IMG/VR virus record: IMGVR_UViG_3300024352_000023
Coordinates: 19,146 to 83,145 of that record
Strand: one strand, 5' to 3'
From: a virus
DNA: 64,000 bases
Position numbers and translations under genes: made by a program. Below, in pieces: positions 62,898-64,000 of the stretch. Position 1 is the stretch's first letter, and each line of letters opens with the position of its first letter. The notes beneath the pieces were generated by a model that saw only the letters and a list, made by a program, of their open reading frames with translations, did not search any database and was not told where the DNA came from.

Positions 62898-63001
62898 TAA
62901 ATAAATTACCGACTGCTAAAATTTGTGTTAGATAAGACATATTCATGTCTGAATCTTTCACCCGATAAAACACTTCCTGCGACACTGGAGGATAAAACAA
63001 A

Positions 63002-64000
63002 GTGTTCATTGATAACGACTTTCCAAAGATTCTGGGTGCGGAACTTTACCGTCCCCACCCTGCGTATATCGCAGAAATGGCAGTGGAGCCTGTGGTGGTC
63101 CACGACTTCACCCGTCAGCCTGGTCAAACCGTTCAGTTAGACCGCTATAAGTTCTGGGGTACCCCTGGTACTAAGGACAGCCGCGAGCGCGTGTCCGACC
63201 AGACCATCGGTACGGCCAACAGCCGTAACATCACCAAGGAGAAAGTCCTGGTGGTGCTTAAGGAGTACACCGGTCCTGCAGATCCGGGTGATCCGACCCA
63301 GCCTTCGACCTTCAAGATCGCTCGTGAAACCCTGATTACCGCCCAGCGTCTGCTGCTGGACACCGGTAATCTGAACATGTTCCACCAGTCGATCGGCAGC
63401 CTGACCCTGCTCGACGACTATCGCCGGTGGCGTGACCGCGTCTTCATTGACGAACTTGCCAAAGCCGAAGCAAACGGTGCCGCTTCTACTACCCAGGGTG
63501 GTTACTACTTCGCTGGTGGCAAGACCAAGAACGCTTCTGGTCAAATCACCTACAGCGGCGCTGAGTATACCGCTGAAGTGCAGCAGTTCCAGGTGCGCAC
63601 TGACCTTCTGACCGTTGTTAAGGACCTGCGTAAGCGCAACGTTCCTACCTTCGCTGATGGTCTGTATCGCTGCATCTGCGATCCCACTTTCATGATGCAC
63701 CTGCGTCGTGATCCTGACTTCCGTGAGATCGTTCGTTACAGCGGCAACCCTGGCCAAGGCATGTACATGGGCAACCCCATGATGCCTAACAATGCCAGCT
63801 TCTACATGGGTCCCCAAGCTGGTCAGGGTTACTTCCTGGCTGGTGAACCTGTGATGCCGACTGGTGTTCAGTTCGAAGGTGTGAAGTTCTTCGAGTCGAC
63901 CAACTTCCCGACCAAGAACATCACCGCTTCCTTCGCTGGTACCGGCGGTACCTACGCTTCCCAAGAAGTGGCCCAAGGTTACTTCTTCGGCCCTCAGGCC
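63002..64000 (+). CDS. Major capsid protein (3' partial)
   Basis: GGAGG 62987-62991, GTG start; MFIDNDFPKILGAELYRPHP...QPGQTVQLDRY...LRKRNVP...YRCICDP...LRRD..F...GVKFFESTN; open to the window end, strong codon bias. Confidence 0.85.
   Translation, partial: MFIDNDFPKILGAELYRPHPAYIAEMAVEPVVVHDFTRQPGQTVQLDRYKFWGTPGTKDSRERVSDQTIGTANSRNITKEKVLVVLKEYTGPADPGDPTQPSTFKIARETLITAQRLLLDTGNLNMFHQSIGSLTLLDDYRRWRDRVFIDELAKAEANGAASTTQGGYYFAGGKTKNASGQITYSGAEYTAEVQQFQVRTDLLTVVKDLRKRNVPTFADGLYRCICDPTFMMHLRRDPDFREIVRYSGNPGQGMYMGNPMMPNNASFYMGPQAGQGYFLAGEPVMPTGVQFEGVKFFESTNFPTKNITASFAGTGGTYASQEVAQGYFFGPQA

Noticed and set aside
63137-63976. 279-aa minus-strand ORF (also 61178-62317 and 59338-60123)
   Set aside because: Antisense shadows of the capsid, scaffold and portal genes, caused by codon bias
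1-64000. Prophage status, alternative genetic code, or Z-base (purZ) system
   Set aside because: No integrase or host flanks, known genes are intact under the standard code, and no purZ-like gene is seen in this window

Overview
The window is part of a lytic cyanophage genome. It carries hli, a CP12-like mini-gene, an NblA-like gene, DUF4278, speD, dps, thyX and 2OG-Fe(II) oxygenases; from memory the gene set resembles S-EIV1-type freshwater Synechococcus phages (unverified). Layout: tail-fibre and lysis genes (1-6 kb); HNH, glycosyltransferase, speD, primase-helicase and exonuclease genes (7-15 kb); a GDP-sugar/glycosyltransferase island (15-19 kb); basic proteins, tRNA-Pro and Dps (19-25 kb); a long leftward early/middle block with family A polymerase, SSB, ThyX and tRNA-Leu (25-46 kb); a divergent non-coding region (46.3-47.1 kb); and a rightward late block with probable internal virion proteins, terminase, portal, scaffold and a major capsid gene that runs off the window end. 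Two unexplained signals stand out. (1) A 26-nt H-type pseudoknot with compensatory changes in both stems sits about 20-37 nt upstream of eight leftward genes. (2) The pentapeptide LAGRY recurs, with synonymous codon variation, in five otherwise unrelated probable virion proteins, with near-matches in the portal and a capsid-adjacent protein. All family calls come from motif recognition, not database searches.
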